A stretch of 64,000 nt of DNA from an uncultured Acidimicrobiia bacterium (GCA_963786955.1 CAWBAT010000004.1:160001-224000), one strand, 5' to 3'. Positions 32,324-43,769 are shown, counted from the first letter of the stretch. The notes: generated from the letters alone by a model not told the origin. Program-made: numbers and translations.

Positions 32324-33001
32324 TCATTCAGTGCTCCGATCAGTGCCGGAAACCGCCTGCATCAAACTTTCAATACCCCGGCGAGGGCCTCCTGGATGGC
32401 CGAAGATCGCGGTTCCTGCAACCAGCACCCGGGCGCCGGCTTGGACCACTTTCAAAGCCGTATGCGATTCGATCCCTCCATCGACTTCCAATTCACATTT
32501 GGGATTACATTGATCGAGCCGCTCTCGAATCGTCTGGATCTTTCGAAGTGTCAACTCGATAAAATGCTGCCCGCCGAATCCGGGATTGACCGTCATGACA
32601 AGCACGAGATCGAGATCCTCAATGATCTCATCCAGGAAGTGCGGAGGGGTTGAAGGATTGATCGCCACCCCTGCCTTTTTCCCCAATGCCTTGATCCTCT
32701 GGATCATTCGATGAAGATGGGGGGATGTTTCCTGATGGATGATCAAGGTATCGGAGCCTGCTTCAGCAAAAGTTTCCAGATACTGTTCAGGATGCACGAT
32801 CATCAAGTGTGTTTCCAAGGGGAAGGTCGTGCTCCGGCGCATGGCCTCAATGACGGGAATCCCGAAGCTGATATTAGGCACAAAACTACCGTCCATGACA
32901 TCGAGGTGGAAGCGGTCAACACCACTGACCTCCGCAGCTTTGACCTGCTCACCAAGTCGGAGAAAATCTGCAGCCAAAATGGAAGGTGCAATCTTGATCA
33001 T
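32324..33001 (-). CDS. rpe: Ribulose-phosphate 3-epimerase
   Basis: IAPSILAADF, HLDVMDG, MTVNPGFGGQ, EVDGGI. Confidence 0.97.
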   Translation of the reverse strand: MIKIAPSILAADFLRLGEQVKAAEVSGVDRFHLDVMDGSFVPNISFGIPVIEAMRRSTTFPLETHLMIVHPEQYLETFAEAGSDTLIIHQETSPHLHRMIQRIKALGKKAGVAINPSTPPHFLDEIIEDLDLVLVMTVNPGFGGQHFIELTLRKIQTIRERLDQCNPKCELEVDGGIESHTALKVVQAGARVLVAGTAIFGHPGGPRRGIESLMQAVSGTDRSTE

Positions 33002-33034
33002 GGGGAAAACTCACTATCTACTGGTCCAAAGGGA

Positions 33035-34597
33035 TTAATCAATCGCTCTCCACTGCCGACTGTCACGCTCCATAAGTTCATCGGCTTCCTTTGGGCCCCA
33101 GGTCCCTGATGTGTAGTTCGGAAAAGTTCGGGGAGGTAACGCTTTCCAGACATCGAGGATGGGTTGAATAATATTCCAGCCGGCTTCGACCATATCTGCC
33201 CGCTGGAAAAGAGTGGCATCGCCCGACATGCAATCATAGAGAAGCCTTTCATAACCTGTGCTTGGCCGGCTTCCGAAATAGTCCGTATATTTGAAATCCA
33301 TGTCCACTCCACCCATTCGCATGACCGGCCCAGGGATCTTTGCGCCAAATCTCAAAGAGATCCCTTCATCGGGTTGGATATGGATGACCAGGCGATTCGT
33401 TCGTAACCGCTCAACGGGCGTATCCCGAAACAAAACAAAGGGAGCACGCCTGAACTGAATCGCAACCTCCGTAACCCTTTTTGGCAGACGCTTGCCGGTG
33501 CGAATGTAAAAAGGCACGTCCGCCCATCTCCAGTTATCGATCAGAAGCTTTAGGGCGACGAACGTATCCGTGCCGGAGAGGGGAGCCACATTTCGCTCCT
33601 CACGATAAGCCGGAAGGCTGGTGCCATCGATGGTTCCACTGCCGTATTGCCCTCGCACGGTTTTGCTCAGCACGTCCTCAGGGTTGAGGGGTTGGATCGC
33701 ACGCAGAATCTTAGCCTGTTCGTCTCGCACCGCATCTGCCTGGAATGAGATGGGCGGCTCCATGGCCGTCAATGTGACCAGCTGAAAGAGATGATTCGGG
33801 ACCATGTCACGCAGCGCCCCCGAAGTTTCATAATAATTACCTCGAGTTTCTACGCCCACCGTTTCCGCTGCGGTGATCTGGACATGATCGATATAGCGCC
33901 GGTTCCAAATCGGCTCAAAAATTCCGTTCCCAAAGCGAAAGACTAAGATGTTTTGAACGGTTTCTTTTCCCAGGTAGTGGTCAATGCGATAAATCTGGCC
34001 CTCGTGCAGGCACTGTTTGATGTCATTGTTCAACACACGAGCTGACTCCAGATCATGGCCAAAAGGCTTCTCAATGATCACCCGCCGCCAGTGTCCATCT
34101 TGCTCGTTCGTCAAACCCACTGTCCCCAGATTGCGAACAATGTCGGAGAAATATTCAGGGGCAGTTGCCAGATAGTAAAAATAATTGCCGGAGGTCCCGT
34201 GCTCTTTGTCAACATTGGCAAGGAGCTCTTGAAGCTTTGGATAGATGCTGGGATCGTCGAAGCTTCCTTGCATATAGTGAATGCGTTCTTTAAACCAGCT
34301 CCATAGTCCTGTCTCAACCGTATCCGTCGCAAACTGCTGAATTTCCTGACTGATCTTTTCACGAAAAGTATCCGTGTTCAGCGGGGCACGTGCGACACCA
34401 ACGATGGCAAAGTCCCTGGAAAGCAGATTCTCTTTTGCCAAGTTATAGAGTGCCGGAATCAACTTTCGCTTCGTTAAATCCCCCGCCGCCCCAAAAATCA
34501 CCATCGCGCAGGCAGGCCCAGGACGTCCTATCCGTTCTTTTGCCGGATCGATCATCTCTGGTGCAACCTTCGTTAGCTTTTCCACTTTTCTCTCCAC
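33035..34597 (-). CDS. zwf: Glucose-6-phosphate 1-dehydrogenase
   Basis: [22 protein letters not shown]. Confidence 0.97.
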   Translation of the reverse strand: MERKVEKLTKVAPEMIDPAKERIGRPGPACAMVIFGAAGDLTKRKLIPALYNLAKENLLSRDFAIVGVARAPLNTDTFREKISQEIQQFATDTVETGLWSWFKERIHYMQGSFDDPSIYPKLQELLANVDKEHGTSGNYFYYLATAPEYFSDIVRNLGTVGLTNEQDGHWRRVIIEKPFGHDLESARVLNNDIKQCLHEGQIYRIDHYLGKETVQNILVFRFGNGIFEPIWNRRYIDHVQITAAETVGVETRGNYYETSGALRDMVPNHLFQLVTLTAMEPPISFQADAVRDEQAKILRAIQPLNPEDVLSKTVRGQYGSGTIDGTSLPAYREERNVAPLSGTDTFVALKLLIDNWRWADVPFYIRTGKRLPKRVTEVAIQFRRAPFVLFRDTPVERLRTNRLVIHIQPDEGISLRFGAKIPGPVMRMGGVDMDFKYTDYFGSRPSTGYERLLYDCMSGDATLFQRADMVEAGWNIIQPILDVWKALPPRTFPNYTSGTWGPKEADELMERDSRQWRAID

Positions 34598-34621
34598 AAG
34601 AACTTACCCCCCCGGCCAATT

Positions 34622-35074
34622 TTAGACGGAATAGCGCTTCTCAATGGCATGAATCTTGTCAAGGCGGCGTTGGTGTCGGTCTTCGCCAGAGAATCGGGCT
34701 TTCAAAAAGGCATTGCTGAGTTCCAAGGCCAGCGCCTCTCCAATGATCCTCCCACCCAGGACCAAGACGTTGATGTCATCGTGTTCAACCCCCTGATGAG
34801 CCGAATAGGTATCATGGCAGAGTCCGGCTCGCACGCCGGGGATCTTGTTGGCAGCTACCGATGCGCCGACTCCACTGCCACACACCAAGATTCCGCGATC
34901 AGCCTTCCCTTCTCGGACAGCCAACGCAACAGCTTCTGCAAAGTCCGGGTAATCGACGGGCGTAGTACTGTGTGTTCCCTGGTCAAATACTTCGTAACCC
35001 AGCCCGTCGATGTGAGTTCTTATGCATTCCTTCAGTTCATAACCCGCATGATCAGACCCGATTGCGATTCTCAT
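34622..35074 (-). CDS. rpiB: Ribose 5-phosphate isomerase B
   Basis: GSDHAG, DYPD, CGSGVG, RHQRR. Confidence 0.96.
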   Translation of the reverse strand: MRIAIGSDHAGYELKECIRTHIDGLGYEVFDQGTHSTTPVDYPDFAEAVALAVREGKADRGILVCGSGVGASVAANKIPGVRAGLCHDTYSAHQGVEHDDINVLVLGGRIIGEALALELSNAFLKARFSGEDRHQRRLDKIHAIEKRYSV

Positions 35075-35256
35075 CTTTGCTCCTCATCTTTTCCGTCTGG
35101 TTGCAACGCCTCTTCATTTTTCTAATCAGCGGACAGTTTAGAGTTTCATACACTACCACAGCCCGCGGGAAAATTGTAAGTGTACCTAACTGCCGAATCC
35201 GGTGGGGCAAAACCCAAGTGTCTCGAGGGCTGGGACGGCTCCCCCCGCAAAGGGAG

Positions 35257-36160
35257 ACGCACGTGAGTCCAGTTCTTTTGCTCGATGTGAGCATTGTCAT
35301 CTTTCTTGTAAGGACGGCCACGAGTGAATTGGATCTCGAGGGCCTGACAATAGCGATAGAGATGAGCATTGATAAATTCCGAGCCGTTGTCGGAGTCAAT
35401 GCCCAGCAGTTTAAACGGTAACGCTTGACGGATGGTTTCCATGGCGCAACGAACTCCTTCTTGCCCTTTGCCTAGCACGGCACGCGTCTCGACCCAGGTG
35501 GTGTGGATGTCGGTGAGGTTCAGCGAATGACAGCAGTCGCCGGAGGCAGAGCTGCCGGCATGCGAGACCAGATCGACTTCGGTGAAGCCGGGTTGGTGAA
35601 CGTCCCAGTTGTCGGTCTTGATGGGAATGTGATGCTTTAACAACGTGCCCGGTTTGGTCCGGCCGTAGATCCTTTTTTTGAGTTGGCGCTTTTTGGGGCG
35701 GAGCCGATAATCGATGGTGCGGGGACTGAGGCAGAGCAGTTGCTGTTCCAGCCGGGGCGTCAAGTGAAAACGCTTCCGAGCCCAGGGCATCCACACCGGC
35801 AGCAGCGCCTTTAGACGGACCGACCAGGGATAGCCGGCCGCTTCCCAGATGGCACTGAGCACCGAGATTACCTGAGGCCCATAGCTCGCACGCCGTTTGC
35901 GGCGCCGCGGTGGCGACGGCCTGGGCGGAGGACCGTTGAGCAAGCGAATGGCGTATTTGCGATGGTACCCACAATTGAGGCAGAACTCGTCGAGGATTGA
36001 TTGCTTCGATCTCGACGACGCGGTGGAATATCTGTGATGAATCTTTCTCAAGTATTCCCATCTTGACTGTCGACTCATGATGTAACCCCTTTCAATTAGG
36101 GTTACATCTTAATTTGCGCGACGATCATCCTCAGAGTTACATTTTAGCTTGCGCGATTGA
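35257..36160 (-). mobile_element. Truncated DDE/integrase-core transposase (IS481/ISNCY-like) with its upstream end
   Basis: GYHRKYAIR, EVDLVSH, IDSDNGSEF, RPYKKDDNAHIEQKNWTHVR then unrelated sequence; direct repeats GTTACAT..TTGCGCGA at 36101 and 36136. Confidence 0.85.
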
Positions 36161-36294
36161 ACCATCCCCTTACACCAAAATTTCGTGTATTGTGTGGGAT
36201 TCCAGGTTTATTCTACAACCTGGAAAAATTCAAGCTGTAGGGGCATATCCCTTTCATTCATATTCTTTTGTCCTGATGGAGATCTGAGGTAAAC

Positions 36295-38547
36295 ATGCAA
36301 TTAGTGAAGATCAATCATTTTCGTTCAGCTCCTGCTATTCGGCTCAGTCCCTTGCCGACCAGGCTGAAAATTGTTTTCTCCTTGATTTTATCGTTTGCTT
36401 GCAGCCAGCATTTTTTGTGGGGCCAACAGGACACGCAGAAACCTAAGCACCCCAAAGTGGGGATTGCTTTGGCGGGCGGCAGCGCACTTGGCCTGGCCCA
36501 TGTCGGGGTTTTAAAATGGCTGGAAGAGCATCACATTCCGCTCGACTATGTCGCTGGAACCAGTATGGGCGGATTGGTTGGCGGGCTCTACGCTTCAGGA
36601 TACGACTACCAGGAAATGTCCGAGTTTATCGGCAAAATAGACTGGTCAGAAGCTCTGCAATTATCGACGCCTTTTAATGACCTCACCTTTCGGCGGAAGG
36701 AAGATGCCGTGGCATTCCCAAACCAACTGGAATTGGGACTTCGACACGGTATCAGCCTTCCTCCCAGTCTCTCGTCAGGCAACGGTGTAGGTTTGATGAT
36801 CAGCCGATTTACCAGCCCCTATGCCGACATGAAGAGCTTTGATGACTTGCCGACATCATTCCGCTGTGTCGCGGTTGATCTCAAAACGGGCAAGCAGTTT
36901 ATTTTTCAGAACGGGGCTTTGTTTGACGCACTTCGATCGACAATGTCCCTCCCTGGAATTTTCTCGCCCTGGAAGGTCGGGAATGAAGTCTTTGTGGACG
37001 GGGGTGTATTGAACAATTTGCCTGTGGATGTTGCGAAGAACATGGGCTCCGATGTGGTGATTGGTGTTGCTCTCAGGAGCCAGGGAATCGAAGGGAAGCC
37101 GCCCAGTTCTATTCTAGGTATCGCCAGTCGCACCCTCGACATCCAAGTGGTCGGAAACCAGCAGCGGAATATGGGGCTCGCCGACATCCTGTTGATGCCA
37201 GAATTGGAGAATTTCGCGTCATTGGATTTCTATCGGGCGAAAGAATTGGAAGCCTTGGGCTATGAGGCAGCAGCCAAGAAAGCTCGGTTTCTAGAAACCC
37301 TGGCGGTGAATGATGCAGATTGGGCGGCTCACCTTCAGACACGACAAACCCGTCGCCTCAAAGCCACGACGACGCCGGCCTTCATCAGTGTCGCTGCGGT
37401 TCCTCGGGATCAGGTGCCTCTAATCGAAAAACAGCTTTCCCCGTTAACGGGCAAGGGCTTTAATCGGGCAGATTTAGAGAGGGATCTCACCATTATTACC
37501 GGTTACGGCCGTTATGAATCGGCCGATTACCGGTCGGCTGAAGGCAAGCAAGGTGAGGGGATTGGAGTCCATCTTCGAGCCAAAGAATATGGTCCTCCAT
37601 TTCTCAATCTTGGCTTTACGATCGATGGTTCCAACGGTGATGGCCTCAGCTTTGGGGTTGGAGGGCGTCTGACGTTCCTTGACATTGGAGGGCCCCGCTC
37701 TGAGTGGCGAACTGACTTCAATATCGGGACAGTGAACTACTTGGCAACCGAATACTACTGGCGTCCCAAAGCGGGCCCTTTCTTTATCGCGCCTCGAGTG
37801 TTTTATGGCAATTCGGCCTTTAGCTACTACAAGAATGGAGAAAACCTCTTTACGTTCAGGCTCAAAGAACCTGGTTTCGGAGCAGATCTCGGGATTGCAG
37901 GTGGTCGTTTTTCTGAATTGCGATTTGGCTATCAGCTCGCTCGTCAGACATTAAATGCGACCGAAGGCACACCAGTCATACCCGACATTCAAGGGAATCA
38001 AAGTCTTTTAAGATTGCGGTTTGCTTTCGACAATCAGGACAGGGCGGCTGTTCCCACTCGTGGAATACGTTCTATTACCGAGGCACAATGGGTGATGGCC
38101 TCACCGCTCGCCCAGAAAGCTTATCCCTATTTCAATTCAGATTTCAGTTGGGCCTATACACTGGGGCCACGCTATCTCTTCATTACAACAATCAATGGAG
38201 GAACTACAGGCTCCGGACAAATCCCGCTGCCGCTGTTTTCGCTGGGGGGGACGAATCGATTGAGGGCATTAGATCGAAATCAGCTATTAGGCAGCAGTTA
38301 TTATTACGGGAGCATGAATCTTCTGCGATCCTTATCAGACAAGCCGTTGTCCATGTTCGGGAAGCTCTATCTTGCCGGGAGTTATGAGATCGGGAATGCC
38401 TTTTTTCAACATCAATCGGCCAACCCTTTTCAGGACGGGTCATTTGGGATCGTCGGTGAAACGATCATCGGGGTTATTTTCTTCGGAGGAAGTGTGGGAG
38501 AAGACGGGGATGCCAAGATCTTCTTTCGCTTGGGACGGATGTTCTAG
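36295..38547 (+). CDS. Patatin-like phospholipase fused to POTRA/Omp85 barrel (PlpD-like, type Vd)
   Basis: GGSALG, GTSMG, DGG; C-terminal amphipathic strands ending FFRLGRMF. Confidence 0.85.
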   Translation: MQLVKINHFRSAPAIRLSPLPTRLKIVFSLILSFACSQHFLWGQQDTQKPKHPKVGIALAGGSALGLAHVGVLKWLEEHHIPLDYVAGTSMGGLVGGLYASGYDYQEMSEFIGKIDWSEALQLSTPFNDLTFRRKEDAVAFPNQLELGLRHGISLPPSLSSGNGVGLMISRFTSPYADMKSFDDLPTSFRCVAVDLKTGKQFIFQNGALFDALRSTMSLPGIFSPWKVGNEVFVDGGVLNNLPVDVAKNMGSDVVIGVALRSQGIEGKPPSSILGIASRTLDIQVVGNQQRNMGLADILLMPELENFASLDFYRAKELEALGYEAAAKKARFLETLAVNDADWAAHLQTRQTRRLKATTTPAFISVAAVPRDQVPLIEKQLSPLTGKGFNRADLERDLTIITGYGRYESADYRSAEGKQGEGIGVHLRAKEYGPPFLNLGFTIDGSNGDGLSFGVGGRLTFLDIGGPRSEWRTDFNIGTVNYLATEYYWRPKAGPFFIAPRVFYGNSAFSYYKNGENLFTFRLKEPGFGADLGIAGGRFSELRFGYQLARQTLNATEGTPVIPDIQGNQSLLRLRFAFDNQDRAAVPTRGIRSITEAQWVMASPLAQKAYPYFNSDFSWAYTLGPRYLFITTINGGTTGSGQIPLPLFSLGGTNRLRALDRNQLLGSSYYYGSMNLLRSLSDKPLSMFGKLYLAGSYEIGNAFFQHQSANPFQDGSFGIVGETIIGVIFFGGSVGEDGDAKIFFRLGRMF

Positions 38548-38649
38548 CGGGAGTGCGGCCGAGCTGCACAAACTCCAAGGGAAAGACATACGCAAATAAA
38601 ACGGGGATATCAGGAAGATCCCATTCGATGGGGGAGGACAGCTAAGACC

Positions 38650-39277
38650 TTGATATTGGAGACCATTCCCGTAGGCCCTTTACAGTGCAATTGCTATATT
38701 CTGGGTTGTGAGCAAACCCGGGAAGCTTTGCTGATTGATCCAGGCGAAGACGCCGATTTGATCTTGCCGGTCCTGGAAAAACATCAGCTCAAAGTGAAGT
38801 ACATCCTCACTACTCATGCCCACATTGATCATGTCGGCGATTTGGAAGCAGTCCGTTCTAAAACAGGAGCTGAAGCTCTATTGCATGAAAAAGATCTCTT
38901 GCTCTACGAAAATCTTCCGATACAAGCCGCCTGGTTAGGGGTCGAGACCCCGCCAACCATTAAGATCGATAACTTCATACACGATAAAGATCAGCTCCAC
39001 TTCGGCCGGCACACAGGAGAAATCCTCTTCACACCGGGCCATACCCAGGGCAGCGTTTGTTTATACCTTACCCGAACAAACGGGAAAGCTGTTCGCAGGA
39101 GATACCTTGTTCAAGCACAGCATCGGCCGGACAGATCTCTGGGGTGGCTCTTACGAATCCATTATTCAATCCATTCATGAAAAGCTGCTGACACTCGATG
39201 ACAGCACAGTCGTCTATCCAGGCCATGGGCCCACTACCACGATCGGTGAAGAAAAGAAACACAACCCCTTCTTATGA
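38650..39277 (+). CDS. MBL-fold metallo-hydrolase (glyoxalase II-like), frameshift near 39067
   Basis: THAHIDH, TPGHT; the shifted frame continues LFAGDTLF..IGRTDL..VYPGHGP..NPFL*. Confidence 0.85.
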
Positions 39278-39324
39278 AATTCATCTCCTCGATAGAATAA
39301 AAAGATTTCCTATATTTTTTGATT

Positions 39325-39648
39325 CTGACAGGCGTGAACGCCTGTCGCTGGAGTTTGGACATTTATGAAGCGGCAGGAGGCCGCTTCCTCCTTCGAGAGC
39401 CCCATCGGGGCGTTGGATTCTAGCCCAGGGCGCCGCCAGCGGCAGGAGCCGCTGCGGCCGCCCTGGGTCAGCGTTCTCACGAGTTCCTACCCTCTCCCCC
39501 AACACCCTTTCCGTGTTGGGGGAGAGGGCGAGGGTGAGGGGGTCAGAAGCTGTCGACGTCGAAGTCTCACGCTTCGTTCCGACAAACACTGCAACCACAA
39601 CGAAACGCATGATTCAGGATTTGGCAACGAATGCCCCCCACTCCCATC
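39325..39648. repeat. Cluster of REP-like palindromes left of the IS110
   Basis: GACAGGC/GCCTGTC, TAGCCCAGGGC..GCCCTGGG and CCCTCTCCCCC..GGGGGAGAGGG hairpins. Confidence 0.75.
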
Positions 39649-39656
39649 CTTATAGT

Positions 39657-40010
39657 CGGTACAACAGGGTTGCCCGAGGATGAGTATATGAATAGCCGTC
39701 GTAGCGTTTCTTTCTTTTTTGCCTCTTTTTTCTTTCTTTGTGGAAGCTGTGGATTTTGTGCAAAAGCCATGAAGGCCAACAGAACCATACCCCTCGTTGA
39801 GGGAATTGGGATTAAATGGAGGGGTTGTCACCCGCCATCCTCCCGTTACGAACAAACCACCCGATCGTGCGACGATCAGGGAGAGACTTTCGAACGGGAG
39901 GGGGCTGGAGCTGAAACGCATTCTCAGAGGCTGCCCCGAGAGGACTCCCCTATAAGGGTTGCGCGGGCCCCAGCTGGCGAGGTTCCTTCTCTTTATCCTA
40001 GAACGGGAGG
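39657..40010 (+). ncRNA. Putative IS110 bridge RNA (left non-coding end)
   Basis: Two stem/internal-loop modules with segments matching target (GGGAGAG) and donor (CTCAGAGG, CTATAAG). Confidence 0.7.
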
Positions 40011-40015
40011 AGATC

Positions 40016-41294
40016 ATGAGTTCTGATTCTGAAATTGCTGCCTTCATTGGTTTAGATTGGGCCGACCAACAACATGTCATTTGTCTGCGGGCGGCCGGCT
40101 CTGGTCAGGTCGAATCTCTAGTGGTGGACCAAAAACCGGAAAGCCTGCAAGCTTGGATCCAGCAATTGCGACTGCGATTTGGGGGCCGCCCGGTAGCCAT
40201 CATCCTGGAGCAATCGCGGGGCGCCTTGTTGTATGCCCTGATGGACGTGGACTTCTTGCGGCTCTATCCGAGTCAACCCTCTAACCTTGGCCAAGTTTCG
40301 CAAAGCCCTCTATCCCAGTGGCGCCAAGGATGATCCCACCGATGCCGCGCTCTTGCTGGAACTGCTGGAGAAGCATCGGGAGCGCCTCCGCGTTTGGGTT
40401 CCCGACGACCCCGACACCCGCTGCCTGCGCCTGCTCAGCGAAGCGCGACGCAAGCTGGTCAACCAGAAGACCGCTCTGACCAACGAGGTCACCAGCCTGT
40501 TGAAAGGCTATTTCCCTCAAGCCTTGTCCTGGGCGGGAGATCCCGACACCTTGCGGGCTTGCGATTTTCTGCAAAAGTGGTCCAGTCTGGATCAGCTGCG
40601 CCGGAGTTCCAGGACCACTCTGGAGAAATTTTACCGCCATCACGGTTGCCCCTCGGGCCGGTCGATCGACTCACTGCTGGAAGAAATTCGCTAGGCTCAA
40701 CCCCTGACGCGAGACCCTGCCGTCACCCGGGCCTCAGCCCTGATGGTGCAGGCCTTGATGCGCCAGGTTCGGGACCTGATCGAATCGATCTCCCAATTTA
40801 ACCAACAAATCAAAGAGCTGTTTGAAAAGCATCCCGACTACGATGTGTTCCACAGTTTCCCCGGGGCCGGGCCGGCTTTGGGCCCCCGCCTCCTGACTTT
40901 GTTCGGATCGGATCGGAACCGTTTTCACTTGGCCTGCGAAGTACAGCTCCTGTCGGGCATCGCCCCAGTCACCGAAAAAAGCGGCAAGTCCCATCGGGTC
41001 CATTGGCGGTGGGCTTGTCCGAAATTCTTGCGCCAAAGCGTCCAGGAATTCTCGGAACAGTCGATTCGCCGTTCCCTGTGGGCGCGGACCTGCTATGACT
41101 GCCTCCGCGCGGCCGGCAAGTCTCATCACGCGGCCCTGCGCGCCCTGGGCTACAAATGGCTTCGGATCATGTTCCGCTGTTGGAAGGAGCATACACCTTA
41201 CGACGAACAATATTACCTGGCTACCTTGCGGCATCGTGGGTCTCCCCTGGGAGAAGCATTGTCCCTCACAACCACGGAGTCCATTTGTGAATAA
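40016..41294 (+). pseudogene. IS110 DEDD recombinase, frameshift near 40270 and in-frame TAG at 40692
   Basis: IGLDWAD, IILEQS, KDDPTDA, GIAPVTEKSGKS. Confidence 0.88.
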
Positions 41295-41344
41295 ATTGTC
41301 ATTTTCCTGTGCAAATAATAGTTGACTTATCACCTCAGAGGTCT

Positions 41345-41564
41345 CTCCCCCCGAATCGCCGAAAGGCGAGCCATTCGGGGGGAGAGGAGATAATATTGGT
41401 TGAAATGCTGACCCAGGGCGGCGTGAGGAGCTCTTGCTCCTCGCTGGCCCTGGGCTAGAATTCTATCGCCCTTACAGGGCACTCAGGGGAAGCAGCGGCA
41501 TCCTGCCGCTGCACTTCTCGAAAAATTCCAATATCCAGAGACAGGCGTGGATGCCTGTCGCTAC
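41345..41564. repeat. Cluster of REP-like palindromes right of the IS110
   Basis: CTCCCCCCGAAT..ATTCGGGGGGAG; CCCAGGGCG..GCCCTGGGCTA inverted relative to 39397-39477. Confidence 0.75.
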
Positions 41565-41860
41565 TGAGGCTATCCATTTCTCGCCCTTAACGGGGCTTCA
41601 AGTGGAAGCTATTTTACTCTTGAGTGAGACGAGCTCTTGAAAGAATAAATAACGAAAATCGACGTCCATTGGTTGTCATACAAAATCACATTCGAACGGT
41701 GACAATCTGAAATCCCCTCCGCTGGAGGGGTGTAGGGGTGGGTTCGTCAATGATGAACTGATATTTGCGTTCAGTTGCGGCTAGTTTTTTGGTGAGGAGT
41801 CAAATTTTTTCCCCGTGCTCCTCGTGGTTAATTTTCCTTCAAGAAGTAGCCCCCAGCATG

Positions 41861-42778
41861 TTACAGGATTTCCTCAATCGCTTTCTGGATGACACTTTCA
41901 TCCTGGTAGTTGACAAAATGACTGCGGATGATCCCCTGTTTATCAACCAGGAATATTGTCGGGAAAAGCTGTACTCCGCCATAATTGGATTGGATTTCTG
42001 TCGTGAGATGAGCAACGGGGAAATTGACTTTGTGCCCTTCTAGGTAGGCTTTCCGATCGGAATCTTTGTAATCGAGTTCCAAGACATGATCCGCATTAAA
42101 TCCAACGACTGTGAAATCCCGATTTTGGAATCTTTTCTCCAAGGAAACCAGGTGCGGTGTAATTTGGGCACAGGGCGGACAGTTCGTAAACCAAAAATAG
42201 ATGAGATACGGCTTGCCTTTCAGTTCGCTGGAACTGATGGCACGCCCATCAAGCAACTGAGCGGTGAACGGGGGAGCAACTTTCCCTTCCCAGCCCGCGA
42301 TGCTCCGTTCGATGAGTTTGTTAAAACGGGGATCCGCCTGAATCTTTTCAATATTGACTCTCGTGATCTCTCCGCTCTTTGGATCCCGGGTGATGAACTT
42401 CGGGACCCGCGGATCGGATTCCAGTATCTTTAGAATCAAATCTGCTTCACCTTCCACTTTCAGATTGAACTGCTGCGAAAGCTCCATAAGCGTAGGAGGC
42501 CTCTTGGCGTTTTGGTAATACTGCGAAACAAAGATGGGAACTTTGAAGAAAATATTGTAAAGACGGTCAATCACCTTGCGTTCCGCGGGCGTGGTAAACA
42601 CTTCGTTATAAAGTTCGGAAACGATGACGGGTTTGCCGCTTTGGACGAGGCCTCTCAGTTGCGTCACGACTCGCGTTTCGACGTCAGGGCTGTCTTGAGG
42701 AAGACTCAGCATTGAGCAAGCGAGCAGGTAGAGAAAGACCATTGATGCTGGAAGTGATTTCAAGAAAAATGATTTCAT
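41861..42778 (-). CDS. Exported TlpA/redoxin family thiol-disulfide oxidoreductase with an extra N-terminal domain
   Basis: APPFT..LDG, FWFTNCPPC, FPTIFLVDKQG. Confidence 0.85.
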   Translation of the reverse strand: MKSFFLKSLPASMVFLYLLACSMLSLPQDSPDVETRVVTQLRGLVQSGKPVIVSELYNEVFTTPAERKVIDRLYNIFFKVPIFVSQYYQNAKRPPTLMELSQQFNLKVEGEADLILKILESDPRVPKFITRDPKSGEITRVNIEKIQADPRFNKLIERSIAGWEGKVAPPFTAQLLDGRAISSSELKGKPYLIYFWFTNCPPCAQITPHLVSLEKRFQNRDFTVVGFNADHVLELDYKDSDRKAYLEGHKVNFPVAHLTTEIQSNYGGVQLFPTIFLVDKQGIIRSHFVNYQDESVIQKAIEEIL

Positions 42779-43019
42779 CGGATAAATACCCTTTTCAAGA
42801 TTCTAATTGAACATCTTTATACTAGCATTGTCTAGGAAGCCTGAAGGGAACTAGAGTAAGAAAAGCTTCGGATCAACGTGGATTAGCGCAGATCTGCACC
42901 AGTTTTTGTAGCGCGGTGTTGCTGTTTAACTCCGCGGCTTTTTAAGCGGGCAGGTAAGCTAAACCCTTTCCTCGAGCCGGGGCCAGTAGTCCCGGCCTGA
43001 AGATTGGACCTTTTTCTTC

Positions 43020-43165
43020 GCCCTGATAAGGGCAAAATAAAATAGCCCAGGGCAGAGCGAAGGGCGAAGCCTTGAGCGCCGCCCTGGGTGATGGGTCACC
43101 TACGAAAGGGCACCCTGAAGGGGTGCAACACACCTCTCGGCCAGATTGTCGCGCCCTTTCAGGAC
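43020..43165. repeat. REP-like composite (GCCCTG..AGGGC / TAGCCCAGGGC..GCCCTGGG family)
   Basis: Same family as 39397-39477, 41408-41482 and 54560-54888. Confidence 0.7.
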
Positions 43166-43169
43166 ACCG

Positions 43170-43559
43170 ATGATTAATAAAATAAAAGAAGATCCTCATC
43201 CACCAGAGTTTTACAAAGGGTTGGAATTATTTAATCGAGAGTTCTATTTCGAATGTCATGATGTTTGGGAAGAGATTTGGGGAGATGCCAAGGGCAAGAA
43301 TAAGATTTTCTACCAGGCCCTCATCATGAGCGCGGTATCGCTCTACCACTTCGGCAACGAGAACCTGGTCGGGGCGCTGAGCTGCTACCAAAAAGCACTG
43401 CATCAGTTCAACCAACTGCCAGACCATTTTCTACGGCTGGATATCAGGGCATTCGTCGCAAGTCTTTCCGAATTCTATCGAGGGATATCCGCCAACGAGA
43501 CTCGGTTCACAGAAGAGATACTCAGAACACCCCGCCCCAGGATTGTCCTGGAGAAATAG
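43170..43559 (+). CDS. DUF309 family protein
   Basis: GLELFNREFYFECHDVWEEIW..FYQALI. Confidence 0.85.
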   Translation: MINKIKEDPHPPEFYKGLELFNREFYFECHDVWEEIWGDAKGKNKIFYQALIMSAVSLYHFGNENLVGALSCYQKALHQFNQLPDHFLRLDIRAFVASLSEFYRGISANETRFTEEILRTPRPRIVLEK

Positions 43560-43769
43560 ATGAATTGTCGTTCGGCTATGCGCGGGATAGAAAAAGATCT
43601 AGGCCGCTTGGTAGCAGGCGGGACGCCTGCACCACAAGGTTGTGGTGCGGGCCTCTGGCCTGCATGAAAAGCGCAAATACTAGCCGCACGATACCAGCCC
43701 ACGACAAACGCAGACTGCACGTTTGTCGTGGCTACCAAAGATTTCAGTAATCAACCAAGGAATTACGAT

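Larger units (their letters stand above)
39649..41344 (+). mobile_element. IS110-family element with CT cores at both ends
   Basis: Left end CT|TATAGT, right end TTGACT-N15-CT; joining the ends gives TTGACT-N17-TATAGT; removing the element restores a palindrome. Confidence 0.9.

Noticed and set aside
35215-35261. GTGCG at the transposase breakpoint followed by a hairpin, suggesting a group II intron 5' end
   Set aside because: GTGCG comes from the transposase's own His-Val-Arg codons; no domain V or reverse transcriptase is visible
39325-43165. Clustered palindromes as a CRISPR array or integron attC sites
   Set aside because: No identical regularly spaced repeats, no cas or intI gene, no consistent RYYYAAC/GTTRRRY ends
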